A stretch of 64,000 nt of DNA from an uncultured Verrucomicrobiae bacterium (GCA_963806855.1 CAWDYW010000001.1:576001-640000); one strand, 5' to 3'. Positions 9,588 to 20,652 are shown, counted from the first letter of the stretch. Translations and numbers: made by a program. The notes: generated by a model from the letters alone, not told the origin.

Positions 9588-9999
9588 ATCTTTTGACAAA
9601 ATTCAAGCTTATTTTGATCTTCGACAGGAAATTTATATAATTATTTATTGAAACTTGACTGATTAAAGCAAAGCGAAAACTGTCCACTCTTGACTGGCTT
9701 TTTGAAGTACATCAATTTTCCCAATGGGGCGGGTCGCAGGACTACTCCGAGTGAAGTGGATCTGGCCCTGCATCATAATGAATCTGCGCTTCAATTTCAG
9801 GAAAACCATCATGGATTGCAAGCAGCCACAAAGGAATGGGTCTTTTAGGCTCGAAAATCGGTTGCTAAACCGAGGCTGCCCCTTGCCCTTTGGCGCTTCT
9901 GTTTTTCTCATCGCATGAAAAAAATAATCGATCAACACATTGTAGTTAAATTTTTCTTTTGTTATACCCTGAGTGCTGATTACAAATGCCAAGGGTACT

Positions 10000-12900
10000 A
10001 TGAATTGGAAAAAAACACTCACTTCACTTGTCTGTTTAACATCATCTTCAATTTTGTATTCAAATACAGATGTGGCAGATAGTGGCGACTTGCAATTCGC
10101 AATTATCGTTGCCAATGGTGGCGGAGATAACACGATTACTTTAACTGCTCCGATTGATTTAACTGTGCCTTTTGGAGAACCCAATTTGCGCCCAGTCAAT
10201 ACGAATGTTGCCTTCGCTCCCCTCGCTCAATCGCTCACAATCTTTGGTAATGGAAGTAATACCCCTATCTTGGGAGGCAATGCTTTTCGGGGCTTTCTCG
10301 TTAGAGGCGGGAGTCTGACGCTTAACAATGTGATGTTCTCTGGAACTGCCAGTTTAGGTGGTGCCGGAGGAAATTCTGGCGGTGGTGGTGGAGCTGGGGT
10401 TGGAGGATCTTTAATCATTGACTCAGGTGCAACGGTCACTGCGATCGATGTCATTTTCCAAGGCTCATCTGCTGTAGGTGGTGCAGGGGGCATAGGATTT
10501 GTCAACCCAGGTGCAGGCGGTGGCGGTAGTTTAGCGGGCAATGGTGGTCTAGGAGCTAGTCCCAATAATGGAGGCGGCGGCGGTGGTGGTTTGGATTTTG
10601 CTGGGGGCAGCGGTGCTGCTGATAATACTTTTGTGGGTGGAGGTGGTGGCGGCGTTGGACAAACGGGGGGCACAGGCACTGGGACAGGAGGTCTTGGAGG
10701 GGCAGGAGGAAACAACTGGGCAAATATGGGTGGAGGCGTAGCCCCATCTGGGCCTCCAGCACAAGGAGGTGCTGGCGGTGCTGGTGGCAACGCGGGGAGT
10801 CCACAGGGGGGTAACGCTAATGGTCTAGGACTTGCCGGGGGCGGCGGTGGGGGAGGCGCCAATGTTGGCCCTGTCTCTGCAGGTGGCAACGAAGTAGCAC
10901 TTCTCGCTAGCTCAGGTGGAATAGGAGGAGATTACGGAGGAGGCGGAGGAGGTGGCAGCGATGGAGGACCAGGAGGAGCAGGTGGTGGAGTAGTAGTAGC
11001 GCCTCCATATCCTGGCTTTTTAGGCGGTGGCGGTGCCGGTGGAGCGGCAACTGGCATAGCTTCTAATGGAGGAACTGGAGGCGTAGGAGGATTCGGCGGA
11101 GGCGGCGGTGGAGGTGGAGGAACTTCTAATATATTATTCACTTTTGGTGAGGGAGGTTCGAGTCCAGGTGCCTTTGGAGGAACTGGAGGCAATGGTGAGG
11201 TTAATCCGGGCGTTCCAGTAGGTCCCAGCTTCCATGGCCCAGCTGGCCGCAATGGTGAGGTTAATCTGATCGTTCCAGCATCTCCCAGCGGCGGCGGCGG
11301 CGGCGGCGGAGCTGGACTTGGCGGTGCGGTATTTATTCGAAATGGGGGAACATTGATTCTTCAGGGCACTGCTACTTTTAGTGGCAATACTGTGACTGGA
11401 GGTAGTGGCGGTGTAGTAGTGCCTCACGCTGGAGCAATCATTCCTGCAACTCCTGGAACGAATGGAGTTGCAGCAGGTACCGATATTTTCATGATGGCTG
11501 GTGGTACTTTGATTGTCGATAGTACGAGCAATATCAGCATCCCCGATCCCATTGCAGGCGATCTATTTGCAGGAGGGGGGACAGGAGGAGGTCTGATCAA
11601 GGAAAATTGTGCTCAGCTAACCTTGACTGGGGCAAATACCTACACAGGGATAACAGATGTAGAGGGAGGGGAGCTGACCATCAATGGCTCTATTCTCACA
11701 AACGTTATAGTTGCACCGGGTGCGATCATCAGTGGGAATTTTTCAACCACTGGAAGTATCGACAACGGCGGAATTATCTCTCCGGGAGTTGGAGGTAATG
11801 GCACCATTTCAATGGGAGCAAGCTTCACTAATGAAGCTACTGGTATCGTGCAGGTCGATATCACTCCCAATGGAGCAGTTCATGGTACTATCTTAGATGC
11901 CACTGGCGCGACACTCGACCCCGGAAGTACACTCGACATCGTTGTCAATGCCGGTAACTACATCGCTGGGACATCATATACTGTAATCAATGGTCCAGTA
12001 ACGGGGACTTTTGGGACGAATGTCTTTCAGACCGGTGCAAATGCCAATTTACTGAATATTGGAGTCTCTTATACCAATGGTGTCGTGCTCACCATCTTAA
12101 ATAACTTCATCTTCCAGAACCATGTGATCGACCCAGGCATACCAACAGCTGTTTCTAACTGCATCCAAGTGGCCGATATCAGCGGTGGATCGGACTTTGC
12201 ATCCGTGATCGAACAGATGGGGCTCCTTAGCGATAGCGCTGTGAATCAGGCCCTCTACAATATGTCTCCTGTCAACTATGGAGCACTCGATTGGATCAAC
12301 GCCCGCAACAACAACTATCTTGCCGACATCATCACCGAGCACCTATTTGAGCTGTGCTGCAGTCCAAGAGATTGCTGCGGCTGCAATTGCAATATGTCCG
12401 TTTGGCTCGATGTCTTCGGCAATCTGATGTACAATACGAAGCATTATGGCCACATGAACCGCTTCAAAGGCAAAGCTGTTGGGGTTGTGACAGGATTGGA
12501 CTACTGCTTCTGCGAAAATTATACAGTCGGAGCGGCCTTTGCCTATACCCATACCTGGCTACAGTGGAAAAAACACCATGGGCATGGAAACATTGATAGC
12601 TACTATGGAGTGCTATATGGTAACTATCAGGGCTGCTGCATCGACCTTGATATTTCATTAATCGGGGGCGGCAGCGATCATCATCTCCATCGAAGAATTG
12701 AGATTGATGGACCTGGCGTAATCACCACTGTCAACACCAATCTGTGTACCGGTGTAGATGGCGTGGTCACCACACCCGTCGATATCGATATCGATCGAAC
12801 AGCGAAAGGCGATCCATGGGGCTATTTCTTCACCGGACATCTGGGCATTAGCACAGACTGGGACTGGTGCTGCACTACTTTTGAACCTTATGCACTGGTC

Positions 12901-13299
12901 GATTACAACTACTTCCATCGAGAAGAGTTTAGAGAGCATGGAGCAGGGGGTCTCAACCTAAGTGTGAGAGAGCATATCCAGAATATGCTTCGAGGTGAGG
13001 CAGGACTTAGAATCTATCGCACCCGGCAATGTGACTGCTTTTGCTATGCTCCCTACATCGGCATTAGCTGGGTAGGAGAGTTCCCCCTTTCGCGCTCCAA
13101 GCAAAGGGCACATTTTGTGGGCCAGGACTGCACTTTCAGCGTCGGTAGCTACCACTCTGCGATTCAGCTCGTCTCTCCATCAGCGGGAATCAAGTTTACA
13201 AACAAATGCGGATTTTCATTCTCTGTTGGTTATAAAGGGCTTTACAATAGCAGCACCCACATCAATGAAATCGATACTGGTATAGAATGGATATTCTAA
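10000..13299 (+). CDS. Autotransporter with Gly-rich passenger and Cys-rich beta-barrel
   Basis: Signal peptide from ATG 10000; poly-Gly passenger; LTLTGANTYTG beta-strand repeat; barrel ending GIEWIF. Confidence 0.9.
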   Translation: MNWKKTLTSLVCLTSSSILYSNTDVADSGDLQFAIIVANGGGDNTITLTAPIDLTVPFGEPNLRPVNTNVAFAPLAQSLTIFGNGSNTPILGGNAFRGFLVRGGSLTLNNVMFSGTASLGGAGGNSGGGGGAGVGGSLIIDSGATVTAIDVIFQGSSAVGGAGGIGFVNPGAGGGGSLAGNGGLGASPNNGGGGGGGLDFAGGSGAADNTFVGGGGGGVGQTGGTGTGTGGLGGAGGNNWANMGGGVAPSGPPAQGGAGGAGGNAGSPQGGNANGLGLAGGGGGGGANVGPVSAGGNEVALLASSGGIGGDYGGGGGGGSDGGPGGAGGGVVVAPPYPGFLGGGGAGGAATGIASNGGTGGVGGFGGGGGGGGGTSNILFTFGEGGSSPGAFGGTGGNGEVNPGVPVGPSFHGPAGRNGEVNLIVPASPSGGGGGGGAGLGGAVFIRNGGTLILQGTATFSGNTVTGGSGGVVVPHAGAIIPATPGTNGVAAGTDIFMMAGGTLIVDSTSNISIPDPIAGDLFAGGGTGGGLIKENCAQLTLTGANTYTGITDVEGGELTINGSILTNVIVAPGAIISGNFSTTGSIDNGGIISPGVGGNGTISMGASFTNEATGIVQVDITPNGAVHGTILDATGATLDPGSTLDIVVNAGNYIAGTSYTVINGPVTGTFGTNVFQTGANANLLNIGVSYTNGVVLTILNNFIFQNHVIDPGIPTAVSNCIQVADISGGSDFASVIEQMGLLSDSAVNQALYNMSPVNYGALDWINARNNNYLADIITEHLFELCCSPRDCCGCNCNMSVWLDVFGNLMYNTKHYGHMNRFKGKAVGVVTGLDYCFCENYTVGAAFAYTHTWLQWKKHHGHGNIDSYYGVLYGNYQGCCIDLDISLIGGGSDHHLHRRIEIDGPGVITTVNTNLCTGVDGVVTTPVDIDIDRTAKGDPWGYFFTGHLGISTDWDWCCTTFEPYALVDYNYFHREEFREHGAGGLNLSVREHIQNMLRGEAGLRIYRTRQCDCFCYAPYIGISWVGEFPLSRSKQRAHFVGQDCTFSVGSYHSAIQLVSPSAGIKFTNKCGFSFSVGYKGLYNSSTHINEIDTGIEWIF

Positions 13300-13624
13300 A
13301 ACCCTAATTATACCGAAACAACCTGAAGAATCGGTTTGCGGCAAGGAGGCGGCACAAATTTTAGAGTCTGGAGCAAGCGACATTGTTCGAGAACAAGGGC
13401 GAGTTTGGTATGAGCTAGACATTTCACGGATATCCTTCAAAAGTAGCCAAAGGCATTGCTAATCCCTAAATGTATATAGGTAAGATCAATGCTGCTGCTT
13501 AATTATATTATAATTTTTAATTACCGTCAATTATTTGTTAAATTATGATATTAAATTTTTTTATATGTGGTCAAAAATATGCTTTTTCAGCTAAAATATT
13601 ATAAAGGAATAATCAAGGTGATCC

Positions 13625-14254
13625 ATGAGACAGGTAATTGCTATATCAGGGTGCAGCGGCGGCGATCAAGGCCCCCAGGGGGTTTACTCCGAATTACAAA
13701 GTCGTTATCAAAATGACTCTCTAAGTATCTCTCCCTTAGATACTTCTCCAGATGAAATTGATGGGAATGTCGAAAAAGTGAAAGAGTTGGCTCGTGAAGT
13801 TGAGGGAGTCAAAGAGGTCTACTTAATCGGCTATTCCATGGGGGGTGTTATCGCTGCTCAGGCTGCTCATGAATTAAAGGGCAAAGTCAAGGGGCTGGTG
13901 CTCTTAAATAGTCAGATTGAAGGGTTGCAATACTTAAACGACCTTGATATTCCGGTTCTATTTTATCAAGGTAAGAAAGATGAAATTTTCCCTGGCTGGC
14001 AAATGAAATCGACTTTTCAAGGTTATAAGGGGCCGAAAAAATGGATCGCACTAGAAGGATTAGATCACGGTTTCAAGAATCCTCAGATCCAAGGCCGATA
14101 TACACGTACTTTAGCTAGTGAGCTTCATTCAGAAATGTCGAGCTTTTTCTTTGAAAAGTCGCACCAAAAAGAAGATGGAACTGAAGTCAATAAGAGCATC
14201 TCTGTCGATAATCAGGGCTTAATTCGTAAACTCTTGAGTTTTATTCCTTGGTAA
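13625..14254 (+). CDS. Alpha/beta hydrolase
   Basis: GYSMGG nucleophile elbow, QGKKDE acid, LDHGF His. Confidence 0.85.
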   Translation: MRQVIAISGCSGGDQGPQGVYSELQSRYQNDSLSISPLDTSPDEIDGNVEKVKELAREVEGVKEVYLIGYSMGGVIAAQAAHELKGKVKGLVLLNSQIEGLQYLNDLDIPVLFYQGKKDEIFPGWQMKSTFQGYKGPKKWIALEGLDHGFKNPQIQGRYTRTLASELHSEMSSFFFEKSHQKEDGTEVNKSISVDNQGLIRKLLSFIPW

Positions 14255-14297
14255 TGCGGTCTATACCCCTTTCAACTGGAAGGAGTATATTCTACCT

Positions 14298-16934
14298 CTA
14301 CGGATGGGACTTTTCATATTCCAATAAAATAGCGTCTGCTTTTTGAAAGAACTCTTCATAGAGCGGGAGATCGCTTGGGTCTAGTCCAGGGTTTATCCTG
14401 AACTTTGGATCTATCCAGGTGATATTGGGATGGTGAAATCCAAAGCTTCCTCTCTCAAAGATCAGTCTTTCATGATCTATAAATGTCTTTAGAGCGACTT
14501 CTTGTAGCTTTCGACGCATGACATCTCGCTCCCACTCTGTATCTTCTTGTGGTTTTTTCATTTGGGCTGTGGGCTTGATATCGATCGTGATTTCGAAAAA
14601 GGGAGACAGTACTCCATTTTCAAAACTGCTAATGCTGATTTCTCTTCCCGATTGGGGTTTAAGTCTTTCTGGAACTACTTCCAAAATCCTTCGTGTATTT
14701 TCAAATAGGAGTTGTTTGTATTCGTCGACGATCTCAAATCCAGTTTCTGCCATCCAAGCGAAAAATTGGTGTGAAAGCTCATCAGTTTGAAAAACTTTAT
14801 CGGTCTTAATTTTATTGAAGCTTTCCCATTTTTTATCGCCATTATTCACAATATAGAAAGGGGCTCCATAATAGTTGTCTAATCCGAGCATGTCGAACTT
14901 TTGCCCGCTTCGGAAAACGACGATATTGAGTCTTCCTTCCTTGATCTCTTTTTCAAACTCTTTAAACAATGCTTTCAGGTCTTCGGATCTGGTGAAATCA
15001 ATTGTGGCGTCGATCGCTACTGTTAGAGCATCTGTTTTGGGTTTTTTGGCAAATATCGCTCGGATATCCGCAGCAATTGTCCCTTTTTGGTAATGGTTGT
15101 GCTTAGCATCGATATCGATATTGTGATGAAATTCTCCGACATAAAGATCGATCTTTTCAATATTAGGGTCTTCTAGGGCCTGATCTAAAGTCTTAGTTTC
15201 TCCAACGAGTTCCATTTCTTCATAGTAGGAGTGTGCTCCACAGATTCTCACAGCAGAGGGGCTATTTTGCATGACTGCCGCATTGACACCAGCAAAGATA
15301 TTCATGGCAGATTTAGCAAGCCCAACGGTGGTAGGCTCCATCGATTTAGGCAGTAGGGGCTGGATGAACGCCCTATACTGCTTTTCAAAAGTGCCGGCTT
15401 CAAAAGGCTTATAGAGTGTTAAAAGGACGGTCATTTCAGCATGAGCCCGATCAATTGCCTGTGAAAATTTTCTAAAATCACCTCGGAAGGTAATGGCAGT
15501 TGCTAAGTGCTGTGAAAGTCTAAACATTGCATTTTGTGTTAATTCTCGAATAATTGGATCGCTTTGCTTGGCTGTCCACATTTCTTCTGGTATCTCACAC
15601 AGCAATGTGATCATCATTTGTACTGTCGCTTTGACAAGTAGTGTTTGTGCTGGACCAACATTTTCAAATTTGCCATCGGCCATCTTCATCAACGTCGAGA
15701 AGAGTTGGGACTCAAGAATCTTGCCAGGCTTATCGTAGAGGACTACATCGGTTTTACCAGGAGGTGCGTAATCGACCATTTTCCCCTCTCCTAAATTGGC
15801 TATGGAACTTACATCGGTAAATAATTCTGCTGCAGCTTTTCTAAAGTTGATTGCCCCAAGTGCTGTTCCTGTATGAGCTACAAAACCTTGTACCTTTTCC
15901 CTAATCAAATCTCCTCTTGCATTCATTGCGCTAAATTTTCCTAGCCATTTTTCATGTTCAAAACCGAGATCATCATAAATTAAATTTAAAAAAAGAATTC
16001 CAGCTCGATTTGTAACCTCTGCACGGGAAACAATTGCAGTATTTATTATTAAGTAATCATGGACATTTGTTTGGATATCGGCGCGATTAGAATATTTAAC
16101 TTTAATTCTATCCGAGGCCTGTTTGAAAATCTGTTTCAGCGCTAGTTTTGCTTCTTCGGTTTTTTCCTCATATTTTCGTATTTTGTCAGGATCTTTATCG
16201 GTAATTAAACTTTGATCCATTTGCTGTGTGATATCAATAAGGATTGGAAATTGGAAATGTTCATTTGGAAATTGAGCGAGATTTTTCTCAAATTGCTCTA
16301 CAAGAATATCGACAATCTCATCGGGTTTAGATAGATCAGGTGCAACAATAAATCCGAGTTTATATAGATCTTGTATTTCAATTGTATCAAGTGCAATTAT
16401 ATCCATACTGGTTTCGTTTGAAGAGCCTATTCTGTTTACTAATTCAAGCAGATCGGCCGTCGAATTTTCTCTGAAGGCCCCTCGATGATACTGCCCTCCC
16501 AAAGTCAATTGTCCTAATTGAAGCATATTCTCATAGGCTTGCATATAAGCTTCTTGAAGCGGACTTCTAGTCGCAGCATTAAGATAGGCTGCTTTCTGGA
16601 GATAATTGGTCATCAAAAACCGGATCGTCTCTTTAGTTTCTTTATTATCGGTTCGTTGATAGGCAGAACAGAGCAGGGCAAAATTGAGCTCCCATTCGTA
16701 CAACTTGGGATGGCTCGGCTTTGTATCTGGTCTGACTGGTGTCACTAATCCAGATGGATCTGTGTAGGTTTTAGCCTTTGAAGTTTGCCCTGATAAAGCC
16801 TCTCTAGCTACCTTAGTAACTGTAGAGTCGAGATCGATTTTAGGCTTTTCATCCTCAATGCCACCATAAAGGCCCGGCAACTGCCCGGCAACTTCCCAGA
16901 ATGACTTTAGATATGTTGAAGCTGTACTAAACAA
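14298..16934 (-). CDS. 878-aa protein with C-terminal Cys/Met-metabolism PLP-dependent-like domain
   Basis: Ordered motifs SAMNIF, SYYEE, IDAT, SGQKF, GSFG, FRINPGLD parallel SGMxA, YxxT, VDNT, SxTK, SLG, RLSVGLE. Confidence 0.65.
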   Translation of the reverse strand: MFSTASTYLKSFWEVAGQLPGLYGGIEDEKPKIDLDSTVTKVAREALSGQTSKAKTYTDPSGLVTPVRPDTKPSHPKLYEWELNFALLCSAYQRTDNKETKETIRFLMTNYLQKAAYLNAATRSPLQEAYMQAYENMLQLGQLTLGGQYHRGAFRENSTADLLELVNRIGSSNETSMDIIALDTIEIQDLYKLGFIVAPDLSKPDEIVDILVEQFEKNLAQFPNEHFQFPILIDITQQMDQSLITDKDPDKIRKYEEKTEEAKLALKQIFKQASDRIKVKYSNRADIQTNVHDYLIINTAIVSRAEVTNRAGILFLNLIYDDLGFEHEKWLGKFSAMNARGDLIREKVQGFVAHTGTALGAINFRKAAAELFTDVSSIANLGEGKMVDYAPPGKTDVVLYDKPGKILESQLFSTLMKMADGKFENVGPAQTLLVKATVQMMITLLCEIPEEMWTAKQSDPIIRELTQNAMFRLSQHLATAITFRGDFRKFSQAIDRAHAEMTVLLTLYKPFEAGTFEKQYRAFIQPLLPKSMEPTTVGLAKSAMNIFAGVNAAVMQNSPSAVRICGAHSYYEEMELVGETKTLDQALEDPNIEKIDLYVGEFHHNIDIDAKHNHYQKGTIAADIRAIFAKKPKTDALTVAIDATIDFTRSEDLKALFKEFEKEIKEGRLNIVVFRSGQKFDMLGLDNYYGAPFYIVNNGDKKWESFNKIKTDKVFQTDELSHQFFAWMAETGFEIVDEYKQLLFENTRRILEVVPERLKPQSGREISISSFENGVLSPFFEITIDIKPTAQMKKPQEDTEWERDVMRRKLQEVALKTFIDHERLIFERGSFGFHHPNITWIDPKFRINPGLDPSDLPLYEEFFQKADAILLEYEKSHP

Positions 16935-17405
16935 TTATTACCGCCTAATTTTAAGTTAATTAATAATAATTATTGATTTTGCATGGCCAAGCGTAGAAGC
17001 TCTTTGGCAAGAAGAATTAGAACTGCATCTATTGTTGTTATTCGCAGTATTAATTATTATTATAAATTAATTTGTTCCTTAACTATATTATAATAATTTT
17101 TTAATTTAATTGCAATAAAAATTTTTATATTAATAATTGCTTAAAGATAAAGCACATAAAGCGGATATCTCAGCTCGAAGGGATGTTAGAATTGAGTCTA
17201 ACCACTTTAGCGTGAAGTATTTGGGTAAGAATTGGTGATTAACTCAAGGATAGGAAAAACAAGCGACTTTAAGCTCTTCCCCCTCGGGGGACCAAGATTC
17301 CCATATAAGAATTAGGCGGTTGAATCTTTAAAAGCCTGTGCTATACTGAGCCCGCTTATATGGATTTGGGAAACAAGCCGATCCAATGACTGGAATGGGA
17401 GAATC

Positions 17406-19604
17406 ATGATTTTTAGAACTTTTATATTGATCGCAACGCTTGGACTATCATCCTATCCTTGTGCATATGCCCGAATGAGTGATGAAAGCAATCCCCCTGT
17501 GCAATATCTATTAGATAGTGCCGAAATTAATTGGGAAGGGCGCACTCCTTTACAAACTGCTCTAAATGATGGGGATCAAGCGCGCAGCCGACGATTGATT
17601 ACAGAAGGGGCCGATATCCATGCGCGAGATATCTCGGGCAGAACTGCCTTGCATTATGCTTGTTATCGCCAGATTGAGATGGCTAAACTTCTGATCGACC
17701 TCGGAGCTAATGTCAATAACAAAGACAATTACGGTGAGACTCCCCTTAGAATTGCCGTTGAAATGGGAGAGTTAGAACTATGTCGCGCACTCATTGCAAA
17801 TGGGGCAGATGTAAATCAAAGAGATTTCACTAGAGGCTCTCTTTTACAGTCAGCAGCATGCAGTAGCAATCCGATAGAGCTCATTAACCTGCTTATCGAA
17901 AATGGGCTCCGCCTCAGGGTTTCTAGCCATGAAGGTTATGATATCGTGACACAAGCTCTGTTCAGAGCATTGGATTGGAATTGCGAAGAAGCGGTTTCCC
18001 TTTACCTCATCAAGAAGGGAGCTAAAGTCAATTTAAGGAATTCAGAACTCAGGACCCCCCTTCATTATGCTGCCATGCTGGGGCAACTTGATTGTATGAA
18101 GCTAATGATTAAAAAAGGGGGGGATATTCATGCAGTCGATCGGGAAGGACGTGCCCCCTTGCACTATGCTGCTGGCAGAGGAAATTTGCAAATGGTCGAA
18201 TTGCTGATCAAACAAGGAGCCGATTGCAATGCCCGGGATGCCGATAACAAAACCCCGCTCTCCCATGCAGTTTCTGAGAATTGCTTCGAAATAGGCTCTT
18301 TTTTATTGAGTAAAGGGGCAAAGGTCAATATCCAGGACCGTCATGGCAATACCCCTTTGCATGAGATCCATTCGGCTGAAATTGGTGAATTGCTCCTCTC
18401 TAAAGGGGCCAATATCAATGCGCGCAATTGGGATGGAAAGACCCCGCTTATCCACTCCATTGTTTTTAATCCAGATATGTCTAGCTTCTTCATCGAAAAG
18501 GGGGCTGATCGCAATGCTCGGGATTACCTTGGTCGGTCTGTGCTCATGTATGCAATCGCTGAATCTTATACAAATTTATCGACAAGTCTAATCGATGCCG
18601 GAGTAGATATTCATGGGGTCGATATTTTGGGGAGGACCCCTATAGTACAGGCTTTAGAGAAAAATAGCGGCATCCTTGTGAAAAAACTCATCCATGCTGG
18701 GGCTTCTATTGCAACCAAAGATACCGAAGGAAAGAGTCTTTTGCATTGTGCTGCTCTGTATTCGAGCGCCCCGCTTATGCAACTTCTCATTGAGAATGGG
18801 CTAGATGTCGATGAAAAAGATCGGGATGGCAGAACGCCTCTGCATTATGTCATGATGAGATCATCACTTGAAATGGAAGCGGTGAAGCTGCTGTTAGAAA
18901 AGGGAGCTGAACTCAATGCCAAAGACGATCGAGATCAGACCCCTTTGCATTTGGCATGCTATAGAAGCGATAATATACATCTCATTCGGTATCTGATTGA
19001 AAATGGGGCTGATATTCATGCTGCAACTGAAGATGGGGTAACTCCTCTCCATGAGGCAGTTTGCAGATTACGCTCTGAAGCCCTTATTGAGCTCCTTCTT
19101 GAAAAAGGGGCCCAGGTCAATACTTGTTCGAAAAGCAGTGGGATTACGCCTCTCATGGAGGCCGCACGGCAGGGCAATTTGTTTATTGCGGATCTACTTC
19201 TTAAGGCAGGCGCCCTTCTAAATGCGAGAGACTCAATGGGTTGGACTCCATTTTTCCATGCGATCGGAAGCGATGAAAGCGACATGGTCAAACTCTTAAT
19301 GGCCTATGGAGCGGATCTTGACAACCTGGCTGAGGATAAGCGTAATTGCCTTCATTTGGCTGCAGATTTTGGGAGAATGGAATTGGTACAATTATTCCTA
19401 GATAAGGGAGTCAATGTCAATGCTCTAAATGAAGAAGGACAAACTCCTCTCCATGATGCTCTTCTTTCAAGACAGTGGGATGTAGCGCAATTACTCATTG
19501 AGCATGGGGCAGACACTCACATCCATAATAAAGAGGGGAAGGCCCCATTGGAATTAGTCGAAGAGACAAGCCGGTGGATCCATTTTCCCAATAATTTGTT
19601 TTAG
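17406..19604 (+). CDS. Long ankyrin-repeat protein with signal-peptide-like N-terminus
   Basis: About 20 GxTPLH-type repeats. Confidence 0.95.
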   Translation: MIFRTFILIATLGLSSYPCAYARMSDESNPPVQYLLDSAEINWEGRTPLQTALNDGDQARSRRLITEGADIHARDISGRTALHYACYRQIEMAKLLIDLGANVNNKDNYGETPLRIAVEMGELELCRALIANGADVNQRDFTRGSLLQSAACSSNPIELINLLIENGLRLRVSSHEGYDIVTQALFRALDWNCEEAVSLYLIKKGAKVNLRNSELRTPLHYAAMLGQLDCMKLMIKKGGDIHAVDREGRAPLHYAAGRGNLQMVELLIKQGADCNARDADNKTPLSHAVSENCFEIGSFLLSKGAKVNIQDRHGNTPLHEIHSAEIGELLLSKGANINARNWDGKTPLIHSIVFNPDMSSFFIEKGADRNARDYLGRSVLMYAIAESYTNLSTSLIDAGVDIHGVDILGRTPIVQALEKNSGILVKKLIHAGASIATKDTEGKSLLHCAALYSSAPLMQLLIENGLDVDEKDRDGRTPLHYVMMRSSLEMEAVKLLLEKGAELNAKDDRDQTPLHLACYRSDNIHLIRYLIENGADIHAATEDGVTPLHEAVCRLRSEALIELLLEKGAQVNTCSKSSGITPLMEAARQGNLFIADLLLKAGALLNARDSMGWTPFFHAIGSDESDMVKLLMAYGADLDNLAEDKRNCLHLAADFGRMELVQLFLDKGVNVNALNEEGQTPLHDALLSRQWDVAQLLIEHGADTHIHNKEGKAPLELVEETSRWIHFPNNLF

Positions 19605-20233
19605 ATTTCATCTAATTGATTGGGGATAACCTTGTTATGCCTCCAATCTGCATCTGTCATGATATGCCCTTTCCTCACCCATTTGGCAACGTGTTGACTA
19701 AAAGAATCATAAGAAAAGCTCTGAGAGGTGCGCACAACATACCCCTCACAATAATCGGTATCTATAGACAGTTGGGAGATTTTTTTTTCATTCCATAAGC
19801 CATGGTAGAATTCTTTAGGCGTTTTAAGATCTAGTAACTTAGCCCATTCCAATGTTTCCGACCAATCGAGACAGACATTTTGATCGTTCCAAATTGAAAA
19901 CAAATAAAAATAGCTTTCCAACTGCTCATAGGCAATTGAATGCTGTGCATACAGATTTTCGCCACAAAATCTCCAACCAGGAGGTATTGAGTAGCAAATG
20001 CTTGAGTGCAATTTTTTTACCCATTCCCTAGATATATGAGATCGGCTGTCGATCGAACGAGCATGGATATGATCTATATACATGGTCGTATTCTCACCAT
20101 CCAATTTCTCAGTCACTATAACTTCTTTATTTTCAAAGTGTTTAGCGCTTTGCAATGAAAGATCATCATCTATATAACCAGGTGACCAAGGAAGGTGAGG
20201 AGTACGAGGATATTTATATCGATTGCTTTCCAT
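19601..20233 (-). CDS. RNA ligase family protein (Rnl2-like adenylyltransferase domain)
   Basis: KYPRTPHLPWSPG, TEKLDGEN motif I, CGEN, EGYVVR, KWVRK. Confidence 0.88.
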   Translation of the reverse strand: MESNRYKYPRTPHLPWSPGYIDDDLSLQSAKHFENKEVIVTEKLDGENTTMYIDHIHARSIDSRSHISREWVKKLHSSICYSIPPGWRFCGENLYAQHSIAYEQLESYFYLFSIWNDQNVCLDWSETLEWAKLLDLKTPKEFYHGLWNEKKISQLSIDTDYCEGYVVRTSQSFSYDSFSQHVAKWVRKGHIMTDADWRHNKVIPNQLDEI

Positions 20234-20277
20234 TCATCCCACCAAGTTTGCTTTAATTTATGCTCACATCATTTTTC

Positions 20278-20652
20278 CTATTTGATGAACCAGTAGATAA
20301 TCTTTTGAATCATAGAGATGAAGATAAGAAATAGAATTGTTAAAAATGGCAATAGAGCATACAAACGTATCTTGTTCATATTCTGCCTACGGTAATGAGA
20401 CCACATTTTTCCAATACTGACCAGCATCGATAATGGAATACATAGGCTTTGAGAGATGGATAATAGCCCTTGAATGGGAGCCTCTCTTATACTGAGTAGT
20501 GTGAATATAGTTGAATAGAATAGCCCCCATAAAACAAAGGGAAGGCCCAGAGAATATAGCACGGTAAAAAAAATCGTCAAGCCCTTCATCGATCTTACTT
20601 CTGGAGAATTTGCTTTAAACCGGACCTTAATTATGTCATTTTCTAAACTCAT
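20278..20652 (-). CDS. Small membrane protein (about 3 TM)
   Basis: ORF with three hydrophobic segments. Confidence 0.6.
   Translation of the reverse strand: MSLENDIIKVRFKANSPEVRSMKGLTIFFTVLYSLGLPFVLWGLFYSTIFTLLSIREAPIQGLLSISQSLCIPLSMLVSIGKMWSHYRRQNMNKIRLYALLPFLTILFLIFISMIQKIIYWFIK

Noticed and set aside
9663..9918. Small ORFs upstream of the autotransporter
   Set aside because: No recognisable motif; possibly a decayed fragment, but not supportable.
10227..11427. Pro-rich minus-strand ORFs
   Set aside because: Antisense shadows of the poly-Gly codons.
13308..13480. Possible further MITE starting TATACCGAAACAAC
   Set aside because: Only a short resemblance to 4614 and no clear partner arm in this window.
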